DNA of 64,000 nucleotides, from contig CAVVNQ010000004.1 of the NCBI GenBank assembly GCA_963749705.1, positions 128,001-192,000 of the forward strand, written 5' to 3'. Below are positions 44,430 to 54,642 of the stretch, in pieces (position 1 is the first letter of the stretch; every line of letters begins with the position of its first letter). The notes under the pieces were generated by a model that was not told the origin of the DNA, made no database searches, and saw only the letters and a list, made by a program, of their open reading frames with translations. The stretch comes from an uncultured Chloroflexia bacterium (GTDB lineage Bacteria; Chloroflexota; Limnocylindria; Limnocylindrales; CSP1-4). The position numbers and the translations under genes were made by a program.

Positions 44430-45587
44430 TCAGCCGACCAGCTCGCCCACGGGCGCGAGCTCGAAGCCCGAGATCGCTTCCGCGCCGGTCCGGCCGTGCG
44501 GGTCCAGTGTGACCGGCCGGTGGTAGCGAGCCAGGGCGCGCAGCGGCTGCCCGTCCAGAACGCCCGCCTGGCGAAGCGCCTCGACGGATGCGGACCATGT
44601 CCCGCGGCCGGACCCGTCGCCGTCCTCGATCTTGATCGCCATGCCGGTGGCGGGCGCCACCGCGCCGTTCCCGCGAGGGCCGCGCAGGATGCCGATCGCG
44701 CGCAGCGCCTCCATCCCGCTCTTGCTCACGAGCCGTCCGTCGATGGCCTTCATGAGCGATGTGTCGAGCCGGTCGCGCGTCCCGGCGACCAGCTCGGGAT
44801 GGGCGATCATCGCGTCCCGGACGGTGAGGTACTGGCGTTCCAGCGCCACCCGTGGATCGTCCGAGGGAAGCGCCGACGGGTCGGCGAGGATCGCGAATGC
44901 GCGCGCGACCTCGCGCAGCGGGAACGCGTAGGTGAGCACGCCGCAGCCATCGAGCCCGGTGCGCAGCTGGTCCGGACGCACGTTGTAGGCGGCGGCGACC
45001 GCCTCCTGGTACGCGACGTGGGCTGGATGCGTCGACTGCCAGTAGGTCTCCAGCTCCCATCCGCCGAGCTTGGCGAGCAGGATGAACACCGAGTGCTGGC
45101 CGGAGCACATGTGGCGCAGCGGACCGGGGCGCTCGCCGTCGCGCGCGAGGCGGGCCGCGGTCAGCGCGTCGAGCGGCATGCCCTCGGTCCCGCACGCCAG
45201 GATCCCCTGCGGGATGCCGATCCGGCGGTACATCGCCTGGATCGTTCGTACGTGAACGTCCTCGCCGGAATGGCTCGACGCCATCACGGCCAGCTCCTCG
45301 CTCGTCAGGTCGAACTCGCGCTGACCGCCCGCGCGCAGGAGCCCCATCAGGCCGAACGGCTTGACCGTCGATCGCAGGTAGACGAGGCGATCCGGCTCAC
45401 CGATCAGGCGCAGCATCCGGCCCGTGGCGTCGACCTCGACCACGTCACCCCGATGGACCGACTCGACAACGCCGTTCCGCGTCTGCCTGACCAGGACCGG
45501 AGCAGCGCTCCATCGCGGTGCGCGCGGGGCGGCGGCCGGCATGCCGCCGGCGCTGCGCGGAGACCGGGTCGGGGTTCGAGCAGCCAT
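44430..45587 (-). CDS. Asparaginase II family (Rhizobium AnsA-type) protein
   Basis: RNGVVESVHRG, RSTVKP, SSHSGE, CSGQH, DGCG and HPELVAG. Start at 45587 inferred. Confidence 0.85.
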   Translation of the reverse strand: MAARTPTRSPRSAGGMPAAAPRAPRWSAAPVLVRQTRNGVVESVHRGDVVEVDATGRMLRLIGEPDRLVYLRSTVKPFGLMGLLRAGGQREFDLTSEELAVMASSHSGEDVHVRTIQAMYRRIGIPQGILACGTEGMPLDALTAARLARDGERPGPLRHMCSGQHSVFILLAKLGGWELETYWQSTHPAHVAYQEAVAAAYNVRPDQLRTGLDGCGVLTYAFPLREVARAFAILADPSALPSDDPRVALERQYLTVRDAMIAHPELVAGTRDRLDTSLMKAIDGRLVSKSGMEALRAIGILRGPRGNGAVAPATGMAIKIEDGDGSGRGTWSASVEALRQAGVLDGQPLRALARYHRPVTLDPHGRTGAEAISGFELAPVGELVG

Positions 45588-45689
45588 GAACATCGAGCAT
45601 AGCGCGGGCCCGATGTCGCGGTTCCGGCACGAGAGCGCGAGGCCCGAGAGGCGGTGCGCAAGCGCACCGGGTTTGGTCGCCGGCTCGAG

Positions 45690-45760
45690 CATCGCCTCGA
45701 TCATCGGCTCGGTCGCCGCCTCGGCCATCGGCTCGGTCGTCGCCTCGGCCATCGGCTCGC
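45690..45760. repeat. 24-bp degenerate tandem repeat upstream of the asparaginase
   Basis: catcggctcggtcg(c/t)cgcctcggc repeated. Reads MAEATTEP MAEAATEP MIEAMLEP in the asparaginase frame. Confidence 0.75.
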
Positions 45761-46077
45761 CTGACAGTTGTCCGCCATGCGAGCGTTCGCCACCGGTGCC
45801 CCGCGGATCCCTGACACCTGCTCGCCAGGTGGACACTATCGGGCCGATTCACGACTTTGCCCACGTCACGGAGCCTGCGGATCCGGTTGGATCGCCCGGC
45901 CACGGTGGCTAGTGCTCGCCCCGCGGCCATCTGTCAGGGGCTGTCGACCCATCGAGAGAGCCCAGGTTCCCCCGCACCACCGCCCCGGCCCGCGCTAGGA
46001 TTCGCGACGATCCGGAGGACGGTCGCCTCCGACCGGCCGCGTCCGCCGACCCGACCACCGCAGCGTGAGGGATCCCC

Positions 46078-46722
46078 GTGGCAGCCTCGCCCAACCTCCA
46101 CGTCTCGCAGCACCCGGCGGTGCGCCACAAGCTGGGCATCCTCCGCGACCAGGCCACCGAGCCCAAGAAGTTCCGCGAGGTCGTGCGAGAGCTTTCCTGG
46201 CTCCTCGGCTACGAGGCCCTGGCGGACGCCCGGACGCAACCGCTCGACGTGACCACCCCGATCGAGACCATGCAGGGCGAGGAGCTCGCCGACCGCATCG
46301 GGTTCATCCCGATCCTGCGCGCCGGCCTGGGCATGGTCGACGCCTTCCTCGAGCTCATGCCCACCGCCCAGGTCTGGCACCTCGGCCTGTTCCGCGACGA
46401 GCGGACGCTGCGCCCGGTCGAGTACTACAACAAGCTGCCCAACAGCGCGACCGTCGACCTGTGCCTGATCCTCGACCCGATGCTCGCGACCGGCGGCTCG
46501 GCCAGCGCGGCCATCGACGTCCTCAAGCGCTGGGGCGCGGTGCGCATCAAGCTCGTCAACCTCATCGCGGCCCCGGAAGGCGTCGAGGCAGTGCTCAAGG
46601 CGCATCCCGACGTCGAGATCTACGCCGCCGCGCTCGACCGCCAGTTGAACGACAAGGGCTACATCATGCCCGGCCTCGGGGACGCGGGTGACCGCCAGTT
46701 CGGGACCGGGAACACCGGCTGA
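46078..46722 (+). CDS. upp: Uracil phosphoribosyltransferase
   Basis: [19 protein letters not shown] and [12 protein letters not shown]. Confidence 0.97.
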   Translation: MAASPNLHVSQHPAVRHKLGILRDQATEPKKFREVVRELSWLLGYEALADARTQPLDVTTPIETMQGEELADRIGFIPILRAGLGMVDAFLELMPTAQVWHLGLFRDERTLRPVEYYNKLPNSATVDLCLILDPMLATGGSASAAIDVLKRWGAVRIKLVNLIAAPEGVEAVLKAHPDVEIYAAALDRQLNDKGYIMPGLGDAGDRQFGTGNTG

Positions 46723-46806
46723 TCATCGACGACCTCAACCACTATCGATCAGCGACTGCGAGGACGAGCACGAGCGGCAGGTGGTCGTTGTGAGGTGAGC
46801 GTCGCC

Positions 46807-48033
46807 CTACGGCGCCACGATCGTGAGAGCGGCCTCCGGGCTTGCCGAGCTCGTGTCGAGGGAACCGCCTGGGTCCATGTCCCAGTGCAGGATGGCCGGA
46901 CCCGGCACGACCCCTGCGCCGACCGGCAGTCGCATCTCGAGCGTGACGCTGGCTCCGGGTGCCAGTGCCGGTGCGATGGCGGCGCAGTTCAGCAGGAGAC
47001 GCTGGACGGTGGGCAGCTTGAGCGCCACGCCGCCGAGGACCAGGTTCTCGGAGTAGGTGGGACAGGGATCGAGTGGGGCGGGCTGCGTCCCGAGGTTCGT
47101 GAGCGTCACGTAGTAGACGAGGTCGGCCCCGGCAGTGGCCGACGACGGCACGGACAGCACCACTGATGCCGGCTGCGGCGGAGACGGAGGCTGCTCCGGC
47201 GCGACCGGGGTGAAGGCGTAAGCGGTGAAGGTGGACGCCGCGGACGGCACGTCGCACCGGGGCACCCCGCCGATCCCTGGCCCGAACGACGTTGGACCGG
47301 CGTCGATGGGGGCTCCTCCCGACGGAAGGGTGACGGTCAGGGAGGTGACGACCGGGGTCGTTGTGCCACACCAGTTCGACCACCACAGGAACGCCCCTGC
47401 CGTCCCGCCTGGCTCGAGCAGGACCGGACCCGCGATGACGCTCGGGTCGCTGCTGCCGTCGCTGGGCTCGGCGTGGTAGGTGATCGGCTCAACGATCGCC
47501 CTGGCGGACCGCAACTCGACGAGACGTGGGCTGCCCCGAAGGAGGCATGCGTGCTGACCAACGTTCGTCACAGTGAGCGATCCGAGCATCTGCCCGCCGC
47601 CGCCCTGCCACCCGGCTGACGCGGTGAGATCGCCGGGAAGACAGGTCGGCGTCCCCGACGGGATCACGACAGGCGTCGGCGACGGGGCCGTGAAGGTCGT
47701 CTGGTGGAGCCACGGAACGATCGACCCGGATGGTTTCGGGTTCTCCGTCGCGGCGCCAGCCGAAGGCGTCCGCGAGATCATCGGGGTCTGACTCGGCGTC
47801 GCCCCCGATGACACGCCAAAGGGGATGCCACCGCCCCAAGCGAGGACCGCGACGACCATGACCGCAGCGGCCAGCACCGGGACGGCCCGAAGTACGCCAC
47901 GCCACCTCGGCTCCCGTCGCCCCGAAGGCTCGGCCCCGAGCTGGTCCACCGCATTGCGGAGGCTGCTCGGCGCGGACGGCAGATCCCAATCACTGAGGCG
48001 CTCGCGCAACCTGCGGTCGAGGTCGTCGCTCAT
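46807..48033 (-). CDS. Putative membrane-anchored anti-sigma factor with DUF4232-like extracellular domain
   Basis: MSDDLDRRLRERL, single TM, S/T/P linker and Cys-containing CLPGDL..VTNVGQHACLLRGSP domain. Overlaps the ECF stop codon. Confidence 0.7.
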   Translation of the reverse strand: MSDDLDRRLRERLSDWDLPSAPSSLRNAVDQLGAEPSGRREPRWRGVLRAVPVLAAAVMVVAVLAWGGGIPFGVSSGATPSQTPMISRTPSAGAATENPKPSGSIVPWLHQTTFTAPSPTPVVIPSGTPTCLPGDLTASAGWQGGGGQMLGSLTVTNVGQHACLLRGSPRLVELRSARAIVEPITYHAEPSDGSSDPSVIAGPVLLEPGGTAGAFLWWSNWCGTTTPVVTSLTVTLPSGGAPIDAGPTSFGPGIGGVPRCDVPSAASTFTAYAFTPVAPEQPPSPPQPASVVLSVPSSATAGADLVYYVTLTNLGTQPAPLDPCPTYSENLVLGGVALKLPTVQRLLLNCAAIAPALAPGASVTLEMRLPVGAGVVPGPAILHWDMDPGGSLDTSSASPEAALTIVAP

Positions 48034-48569
48034 CGGGCGTCCTCCGCAGGTACCGAGGCCCCCTCGAGGCTCGCCCGCATCTGCTGGAGCGCGCGGTGCA
48101 GGCGCGACTTGACGGTGCCCAGGGGCCAGCCCAAACGGTCGGCGACGCCCTCGAGCGTCACGCCGGCCCAGTAGTGCAGGACGACGACGATCCGCTGGTC
48201 CGCATCGAGGCCCCGCATCGCTCGGGCGACCTCGTCGCGGTCGACCACGGCCTGGAAAGGATCGAGCGCTGGCCCGGTCGCCCCATCGGCGAGGACGATG
48301 AACCGAACGAGCTTTCGCCGCCGCATGCGATCGCGGCAGACGTTGACCAGGATCCCATCGAGCCAGGCGTCGACGCGTGAGAAATCGCGCAGCGACGCCG
48401 CGGAGCGCCACGCGCGAAGCATCGCCTCCTGCGTGGCGTCTTCGGCATCGGCGGCGTTGCCCAGCAGCAGGCCGGCCAGCCGATAGCGCCGGTCGATCCC
48501 CGCCCGAGCGGACGCCACGATCAGAACCTCTGCGTCTGTGCGCGGCACGGTCAGATCGATCTCCCCCAT
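48030..48569 (-). CDS. ECF RNA polymerase sigma factor
   Basis: DAEDATQEAMLRAW and region 4 VVVLHYW..GTVKSRLHRAL. Confidence 0.88.
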   Translation of the reverse strand: MGEIDLTVPRTDAEVLIVASARAGIDRRYRLAGLLLGNAADAEDATQEAMLRAWRSAASLRDFSRVDAWLDGILVNVCRDRMRRRKLVRFIVLADGATGPALDPFQAVVDRDEVARAMRGLDADQRIVVVLHYWAGVTLEGVADRLGWPLGTVKSRLHRALQQMRASLEGASVPAEDAR

Positions 48570-48900
48570 CTCATGGGTCAGGACGAGCGCGGCGGCTCTC
48601 ATGGTGCCCGTAAAGACGAGCGACGGAGCGATACGGTTCTCGAGGCTCCTCACCACCATCCCGCTGGCCGAGGGCAAACGTACCGTTCGCCGCTCTGCTC
48701 CGACTCAGAGCCGGCCTCGAATGTAGCCTGCCCGCCGGCTGTCTCCGTCGCGACGTGATCGGGTCAACGACCCGCGTGCATCCGCAGCCGAAAGACCAAC
48801 GGTTCGTTGCGTCCGCAATTACCACCAATTCCACATGTCCCTGGGGCCTCGACCTGCCCTGGCGCTCGCGCCGGCCGGGACTCTGATCGACCGTGCAGTC

Positions 48901-48916
48901 GGCTGAGGCCTCAGCC
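48901..48916. promoter_or_regulatory. Perfect 16-bp palindrome in a divergent intergenic region
   Basis: ggctgaggcctcagcc. Confidence 0.35.
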
Positions 48917-49108
48917 ACCCGGGCACAAGAACTGAGGGTCGGCATCCGCTGATCTAAGGCTTGTCCCGATGTGCCCGGCACCCCTGCGCCGTAGGTTCGA
49001 GACACGCCCGTCGGCCGGGCGCCACCACCGCGGAGCCAGTCCCGTCAGGCCGAGCCGGTGACGAGGCATCCGCGCCTGTACCGGAACTGATCAAAGGAGA
49101 ACGACACG

Positions 49109-49450
49109 ATGCGGAATGAACGCCCCTACAAGGTCGGGTTCGGCCTCACCCTGGCCCTCGCCACCACCCTGCTGGGCGGCACGAGCGCCCTCGCCTTTCC
49201 CGCACCCATGGACACGACCACCACTTCCGGGCCGGCGAGCATCCTGCCTCCGCCCCCGGGCGCACCCAACCGCAACTATTCCGACCCGGTGGACGGCACC
49301 GTGATCATGGCATCGCCAACGACCGGCCGAAACGTCAGGGTTCCGGCCGTTGACTCGCAGCAGGCCGCGCCACAGCGACTCGACCAGAACGCGATCAGCA
49401 TCGTTCGCTCGCCAGCGACCGGACGCAACGCCAGGGTGCCGGCCTTCTGA
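49109..49450 (+). CDS. Small secreted protein with a duplicated SPxTGRNxRVPA motif
   Basis: AAAGGAG RBS, signal peptide ending ALA, and the motif at ~49313 and ~49409. Confidence 0.65.
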   Translation: MRNERPYKVGFGLTLALATTLLGGTSALAFPAPMDTTTTSGPASILPPPPGAPNRNYSDPVDGTVIMASPTTGRNVRVPAVDSQQAAPQRLDQNAISIVRSPATGRNARVPAF

Positions 49451-49622
49451 ACGCGGCTGGAGGTCGCATTGAGACAACCCGCAGCGGCCGGCTCGCTGAC
49501 GCACGTCCGTGATCCGGCGGCACCCACCGCGCACAGGTCACCGGGGGTCCAGCACCGTTCAATGGCCGCTGGGCCCTCGCTCCCGGGGTGCTGCCAGATG
49601 TGGCCAGACTGCCGACCAGGAC

Positions 49623-52600
49623 ATGCTGACTATGCTTGAGGACGTGCCTCGCGATACGTCCTTCGCGTTCATCGGACGCCAGGCCGAGCTCGAGCAGCTG
49701 GAGGCGGCTTGGAATCGGGTCGTGCACGGCGAGCCGCGCTTCATCCTCGTTGGCGGCGACGCTGGCATCGGCAAGACCCGCCTGGTGCGCGAGCATCTCG
49801 GGCGGCCTGGCGGCGAGCGCGTCATCGCCACCGGTGGGTGCGTCCCGGTCGCGGGCGGAAGCCTCCCGTACGTGCCGTTCATCCAGATCCTCCGTACTCT
49901 CGCGTTGTCGAGCGGGCCTGGATACGACGCCGCGGTGGCGCTCGCATCGCTGCCGCCGGCGTCACGGGCCGAGCTTCACCGCCTGGTGCCCGCGCTGCGG
50001 TCGCTGGACTCGTCTGCGCCGGTCTCGATCCCACCCGAGCCCGACGAGTCGCTCGCCCGGGCTCGCCTGTTCGAGGCCGTCCTGACCTACCTGCTCGGGG
50101 TTGCCGCCGAGGCGCCGCTGCTGCTCGTCCTCGAGGATCTCCACTGGGCCGACCGCTCGAGCCGCGACCTGCTTTCCTACCTCGTCCGCAACCTGCGGAC
50201 CGAGCGGATCCTCGCGCTCGCCACGTATCGCATCGACGAGCTCCACCGCCGGCATCCACTCCGACCGTGGCTGGCTGAGCTGGGCCGCCTCGACCAGGTG
50301 GAGCGCCTGGAGCTGCACCCGCTCGAGGCCGACGACCTGCGCCGCGATGTCGCCGAGATGCTCGGGCCCGACGCGGATCCTTCGCTCGTGGACCGGATCG
50401 TCCGGCGGTCCGAAGGCAACCCGCTGTTCGCGATCGAGCTCGTGGCGAGCGCCCGCGCCGGCACCGGTCACCATGGGCTGCCCGAGACGCTCCGCGACGG
50501 GTTCCTCGACCGTGTCGAGGGCCTGGGGCGCGACGCGCTGCCGATTGCCCGCGCTTCCGCCATCCTCGGCCGACCTGCCGCAGAGCAGCTCCTCGGCGAC
50601 GTGACCGGGCTCCCGGCCGACCGGCTCGCCGCCGGGATCCGCGAGATACTCGACGCCCAGGTGCTGACCACCGTGCACCACGAGTCCGGGGAGCGGTTCG
50701 AGCCCCGGCATGCGCTCCTCGCCGAGGCAATCGTCGACGACCTGCTGCCGGGCGAGCGGACCGCGCTCCACCGCCGGATCGCGGACCTGCTCGAGGCCGG
50801 GACCGACGACGACGGGGAGCCGGCCCGGATCGCGGCCGAGATCGCTCACCACCGCTGGGCGGCCCACGACACCGAGCTCGCCGTAGAGGCCAGCGTGCGG
50901 GCGGCCGTCGCCGCGGCCGACGCCCGCGCGTACGCCGAGGCCGATGCCCACTGGACCCGCGCCCTCGAGGCCTGGCCGGCCCCGAGCGAGGTCGAGGGCT
51001 TCGACCACCCGGCGGCCCTGCTTCGGGCCGCCGAGGTTGCGTGGGCCCTCGGGGACCGTGGACGGGCCGCGGACCTGGCAGATCAGGCCCTCGAGCGTAT
51101 CGACGCACGCACCGATCCGATGCGGGCCGCGCTGGCCCACCAGCAGCTCGGCCTGACCCTGAACACCGTGGACGCGCGAGCCGCCGACCTTCACATCGCC
51201 CAGGCGGTCCGCCTCGTCCCGGCCATTGACGCACCGCCGGCGGCGGCGCAGGTCCTCGTCGTGCGCGCGGCCTACCTGGGCTGGCGGCTGCAGCTGGACC
51301 GGGCGGTGCCGATCGCCCGGCGCGCCCTCGAGCTCGACCCGCGGCACGAGTTCCCGATGGTGGAACCAGCAGCGCTCGGAGTGCTGGGCGCGACCCATCT
51401 TGGGCGGTCGCAACACGGGGCGGCCATCGAGCTCCTGACGCGCGTGTTCGAGCTCGCGGAGCAGGTCGACGACCGGAGGATCATGGTCTTTGCGGCGCAT
51501 TCGTTGTGCACCGGCCTGAACAGCGTCGGCCTCTGGAGCCTTGTGCTCGAGTACCACGATCGGTATGTCGCGCGCATCAGGGAGCTCGGCGTCGTCCGAT
51601 TGTGGGGCTGGTGGCTGCATGACGCTCGCGTGACCGCCCTGCTTGGACTCGGACGATGGCGTGAGGCGGAGTCGGTGATGGAGGCCATGCTCGCCGAGCA
51701 CGACGTTGCGGAGCACCTGGAGTTCGCCGCGGTCGCAGCCGTGGTCTGGGCACGCCGAGGGCGGGTCGAGGAGGCTGCCAGGCTGGCTGCGTTGGCTGCC
51801 GCCGACCCAAGTCTGGCGCTCGTCGACCGGCTGGTACCGGTCGGGTGCCTGTCGGCCCGTGCCGAGGTCGCGCTCGCCCGGGGCGAATGGACCGAGCTCC
51901 GCGAAACCGTGGCCATGGCATTCGCGTCCGTGCCGGCCAGGACTCGGAACACATATCCCGACCTGCGTCCATTCGCGCTGTTCGGCCTCCAGGCCGAGGC
52001 CGAGCTCGCGTTCGAGGCGCGGATCCGGCGGGATGCGGAGGCGGAGGCCGAGGCACTCGACATCGCCCGCAACCTCGCCGGCTGGGCCCGGAACCTCGCC
52101 CAGCGCGTGACCGAGGCCGGCGAACCCTTGGTGGCCACGACGCTTGCCGACGCGGCGATGGCCGTGGCCCTGCTCACCCGGGTGGAGCATCGAGCCGATC
52201 CGGGCACCTGGCGGACCGCCCTCGAGCGGTGTGAGGCGGTCGGCAACCCGTACGACATCGCCCGGGTGCGTCACTGGCTGGCCGAGGCGATCCTCGAGCG
52301 CGGGGGTTCCCGGTCCGAGGCGACCGCCGAGCTCGCGCACGCCCTTGCGACGGCGGCAGAGCTCGGTGCGGCCGGTCTCGAGCGGGCCATCCGCGACCTC
52401 GCGCGACGAGCGCGCATCGAGCTTGAGACCGCGGATGCGACCACGGCCGCCGCGACGGCTCCCGGGCTGACCGCGGCCCCGATCGATGACCGGCTGCCGA
52501 CACCCATGAAGCCGGCCGTCGACCGACCCACCGAGCTCGTCGAGCCCCTGACAAGGCGCGAGCGCGAGGTGCTCGGCTACCTCGCCGCCGGCTGGACCAA

Positions 52601-52751
52601 CCGCCGCATCGGCGAGGCGCTGTTCATCAGCGACAAGACCGTGAGCGTCCACGTGTCCAACCTGATGGGCAAGCTGGCTGCCACCAACCGTGCCGAGGCC
52701 GCCATCATCGGCGACCGGCTGGGGCTGGTGGCGCCGGTCGAGAAGCCCTGA
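49623..52751 (+). CDS. Large ATP-binding LuxR-family regulator (AAA ATPase + TPR-like + LuxR HTH)
   Basis: FIGRQAEL, Walker A GDAGIGKT, LEDLHWAD, SEGNPLF and C-terminal LTRREREVL..TVSVHVSNLMGKL. Confidence 0.92.
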   Translation: MLTMLEDVPRDTSFAFIGRQAELEQLEAAWNRVVHGEPRFILVGGDAGIGKTRLVREHLGRPGGERVIATGGCVPVAGGSLPYVPFIQILRTLALSSGPGYDAAVALASLPPASRAELHRLVPALRSLDSSAPVSIPPEPDESLARARLFEAVLTYLLGVAAEAPLLLVLEDLHWADRSSRDLLSYLVRNLRTERILALATYRIDELHRRHPLRPWLAELGRLDQVERLELHPLEADDLRRDVAEMLGPDADPSLVDRIVRRSEGNPLFAIELVASARAGTGHHGLPETLRDGFLDRVEGLGRDALPIARASAILGRPAAEQLLGDVTGLPADRLAAGIREILDAQVLTTVHHESGERFEPRHALLAEAIVDDLLPGERTALHRRIADLLEAGTDDDGEPARIAAEIAHHRWAAHDTELAVEASVRAAVAAADARAYAEADAHWTRALEAWPAPSEVEGFDHPAALLRAAEVAWALGDRGRAADLADQALERIDARTDPMRAALAHQQLGLTLNTVDARAADLHIAQAVRLVPAIDAPPAAAQVLVVRAAYLGWRLQLDRAVPIARRALELDPRHEFPMVEPAALGVLGATHLGRSQHGAAIELLTRVFELAEQVDDRRIMVFAAHSLCTGLNSVGLWSLVLEYHDRYVARIRELGVVRLWGWWLHDARVTALLGLGRWREAESVMEAMLAEHDVAEHLEFAAVAAVVWARRGRVEEAARLAALAAADPSLALVDRLVPVGCLSARAEVALARGEWTELRETVAMAFASVPARTRNTYPDLRPFALFGLQAEAELAFEARIRRDAEAEAEALDIARNLAGWARNLAQRVTEAGEPLVATTLADAAMAVALLTRVEHRADPGTWRTALERCEAVGNPYDIARVRHWLAEAILERGGSRSEATAELAHALATAAELGAAGLERAIRDLARRARIELETADATTAAATAPGLTAAPIDDRLPTPMKPAVDRPTELVEPLTRREREVLGYLAAGWTNRRIGEALFISDKTVSVHVSNLMGKLAATNRAEAAIIGDRLGLVAPVEKP

Positions 52752-52955
52752 TCCTGAAGGGTTGGCCGGGACGCCCACGCGTCGGCCGGACCGCATCCAG
52801 GTCCGGCGGAGGCGCGACACAGGTGCGCCCGCACCGGGTCCTGGGGCAGGAACGTCTGATCTGGTCGACGATGTCTGATCTGGGGCGGCGATGTTCGTAG
52901 CATTGGTGAGTGGCAGCCCACCACGGGTGCCACAAACCGCAGGAGATGCTCCGTG

Positions 52956-53279
52956 ATGCAGTACCTGGTTTCCGTGATCCACGACCAGGCCACCCTCGCC
53001 ACCCCCTCCGAGATGGCGGCCATCGACGCCTTCAACGACCGGCTCCAGGCCGATGGCCGCTGGGTCTTCGCCGGCGGCCTCGGGTCGCCCAGTGCCGCCA
53101 CCGTCATCGACAATCGGGATGGGGCTGCAGTGTTCTCCGACGGGCCGTTCGTGGAGTCGAAGGAGTTCCTTGCCGGGTTCTGGATCATCGAGGCCCCCGA
53201 CATCGACACGGCGCTCAGGATCGCCGCCGAGGGGTCGAAGGCCTGCAACCGGAAGGTCGAGGTGCGCCCGTTCCTGTGA
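52956..53279 (+). CDS. YciI/DGPF-family protein
   Basis: DGPFVESKEFLAGFWII and VEVRPF. Confidence 0.9.
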   Translation: MQYLVSVIHDQATLATPSEMAAIDAFNDRLQADGRWVFAGGLGSPSAATVIDNRDGAAVFSDGPFVESKEFLAGFWIIEAPDIDTALRIAAEGSKACNRKVEVRPFL

Positions 53280-54523
53280 TGAGGACCCGGAAGCCCGTGA
53301 CCGACGTCCAGGCGACGATTGCCCGGGTCCACCGCGAAGAGTGGGCTCGGGTGGTCGCCGCCCTGACCCGGCGGTTCGGTGACCTCGACGTGGCCGAGGA
53401 AGCCGCCGCCGAGGCGTTCGCGACGGCCGTGGAGCGGTGGCCCGGCGACGGCGTGCCGCCCAACCCGGGGGGCTGGCTGACGACCACCGCCACCCGCAAG
53501 GCCATCGACCGGATCCGGCGCGAGCACAAGCGCGAGGACAAACACATGGCCGCCCTGGTGCTGTCCGGCGATGACCCGCCCGAGCCGACCGGCGCCATCG
53601 ACGACGACCGGCTTCGGCTGATCTTCACCTGCAGCCACCCGGCGCTCGCGATGGACACGCGGGTCGCCCTGACGCTGCGGATGGTCGGTGGCCTGACCGT
53701 GCCCGAGATCGCCCGCGCCTTCCTGGTGCAGGAGGGCGCGATGGGCCGGCGGATCACCCGGGCCAAGGCCAAGATCAAGGCGGCTCGCATCCCCTATCGA
53801 GTGCCGTCAGCGGAGGATCTCCCGGCGCGGGTCTCGGGCGTCCTGGCCGTCCTGTACCTCGTGTTCAACGAGGGCTACCTGGCCACCGGTCCCGACACGG
53901 ATCCCGTACGGCACGACCTGACGGCCGAGGCGATCCGGCTCGCCCGCCTGATCCACGCGCTGATGCCGCGCGACGGTGAGGTGACCGGGCTGCTGGCGCT
54001 GATGCTCCTCACCGAGGCGCGCCGCCCCGCCCGGGTCTCCGCGAGCGGCGAGCTCGTCCCCCTCGACGTCCAGGATCGTGGCGCCTGGGACGCGGCGCTG
54101 ATCGAGGAGGGTCATCGGCTGGTGCGCGAGCGCCTGGCCTCGGGGATCGCTCCGGGCCGCTACCAGATCCTGGCGGCGATCAACGCCGTGCACACGTCCG
54201 CCCGCGACGCCCACGACACCGATTGGTGGCAGGTCGTCGCCCTCTACGATCAGCTCGTCCGCCTCGATCCATCGCCGATCGTCGCCCTCAACCGGGCCAT
54301 CGCCGTGGGCGAGCTTGACGGCCCGCGGGTCGCCCTGGCGGAGGTCGACCGTCTTGCGGACGCGTTGACGGGCTACCACGCGTACCACGCGACGCGTGCC
54401 GACCTGCTGCGCCGGCTGGACCGTACCCAGGCGTCGCGCGAGGCGTACGACAGGGCCATCGAGCTGGCGGGCAACACCGCCGAGACCGCCTACCTGACCC
54501 GCCGCCGCAACGAGCTGGGGTAG
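53279..54523 (+). CDS. ECF sigma factor with C-terminal TPR-like extension (ECF42-like)
   Basis: DDRLRLIFTCSHPAL, LYLVFNEGY and YQILAAINAVH. DGPF gene directly upstream. Confidence 0.88.
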   Translation: MRTRKPVTDVQATIARVHREEWARVVAALTRRFGDLDVAEEAAAEAFATAVERWPGDGVPPNPGGWLTTTATRKAIDRIRREHKREDKHMAALVLSGDDPPEPTGAIDDDRLRLIFTCSHPALAMDTRVALTLRMVGGLTVPEIARAFLVQEGAMGRRITRAKAKIKAARIPYRVPSAEDLPARVSGVLAVLYLVFNEGYLATGPDTDPVRHDLTAEAIRLARLIHALMPRDGEVTGLLALMLLTEARRPARVSASGELVPLDVQDRGAWDAALIEEGHRLVRERLASGIAPGRYQILAAINAVHTSARDAHDTDWWQVVALYDQLVRLDPSPIVALNRAIAVGELDGPRVALAEVDRLADALTGYHAYHATRADLLRRLDRTQASREAYDRAIELAGNTAETAYLTRRRNELG

Positions 54524-54642
54524 GCGTCTGGCGAAGGCCGCGGCGGGCCGCCGAGGGCGGTGAGGGCTTACGATCCCGGGCATGAACGGCACCCAGGGAC
54601 TCGCTCGATGCTGAGGGGCGCCACCGACATCGCCCTGGAGCC

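Noticed and set aside
45588-45836. 83-aa N-terminal extension of the asparaginase
   Set aside because: Made largely of a 24-bp repeat with no family similarity; likely untranslated, though this is not excluded.
49962-52982. 1006-aa minus-strand ORF and similar long antisense ORFs (e.g. 19578-22046, 6498-8732, 58117-60591)
   Set aside because: They mirror well-supported genes on the opposite strand; a stop-codon-poor high-GC artefact.
46723-54523. Genomic island after upp
   Set aside because: The gene content looks accessory and somewhat less GC-biased, but I found no integrase, tRNA, att repeats or transposase.
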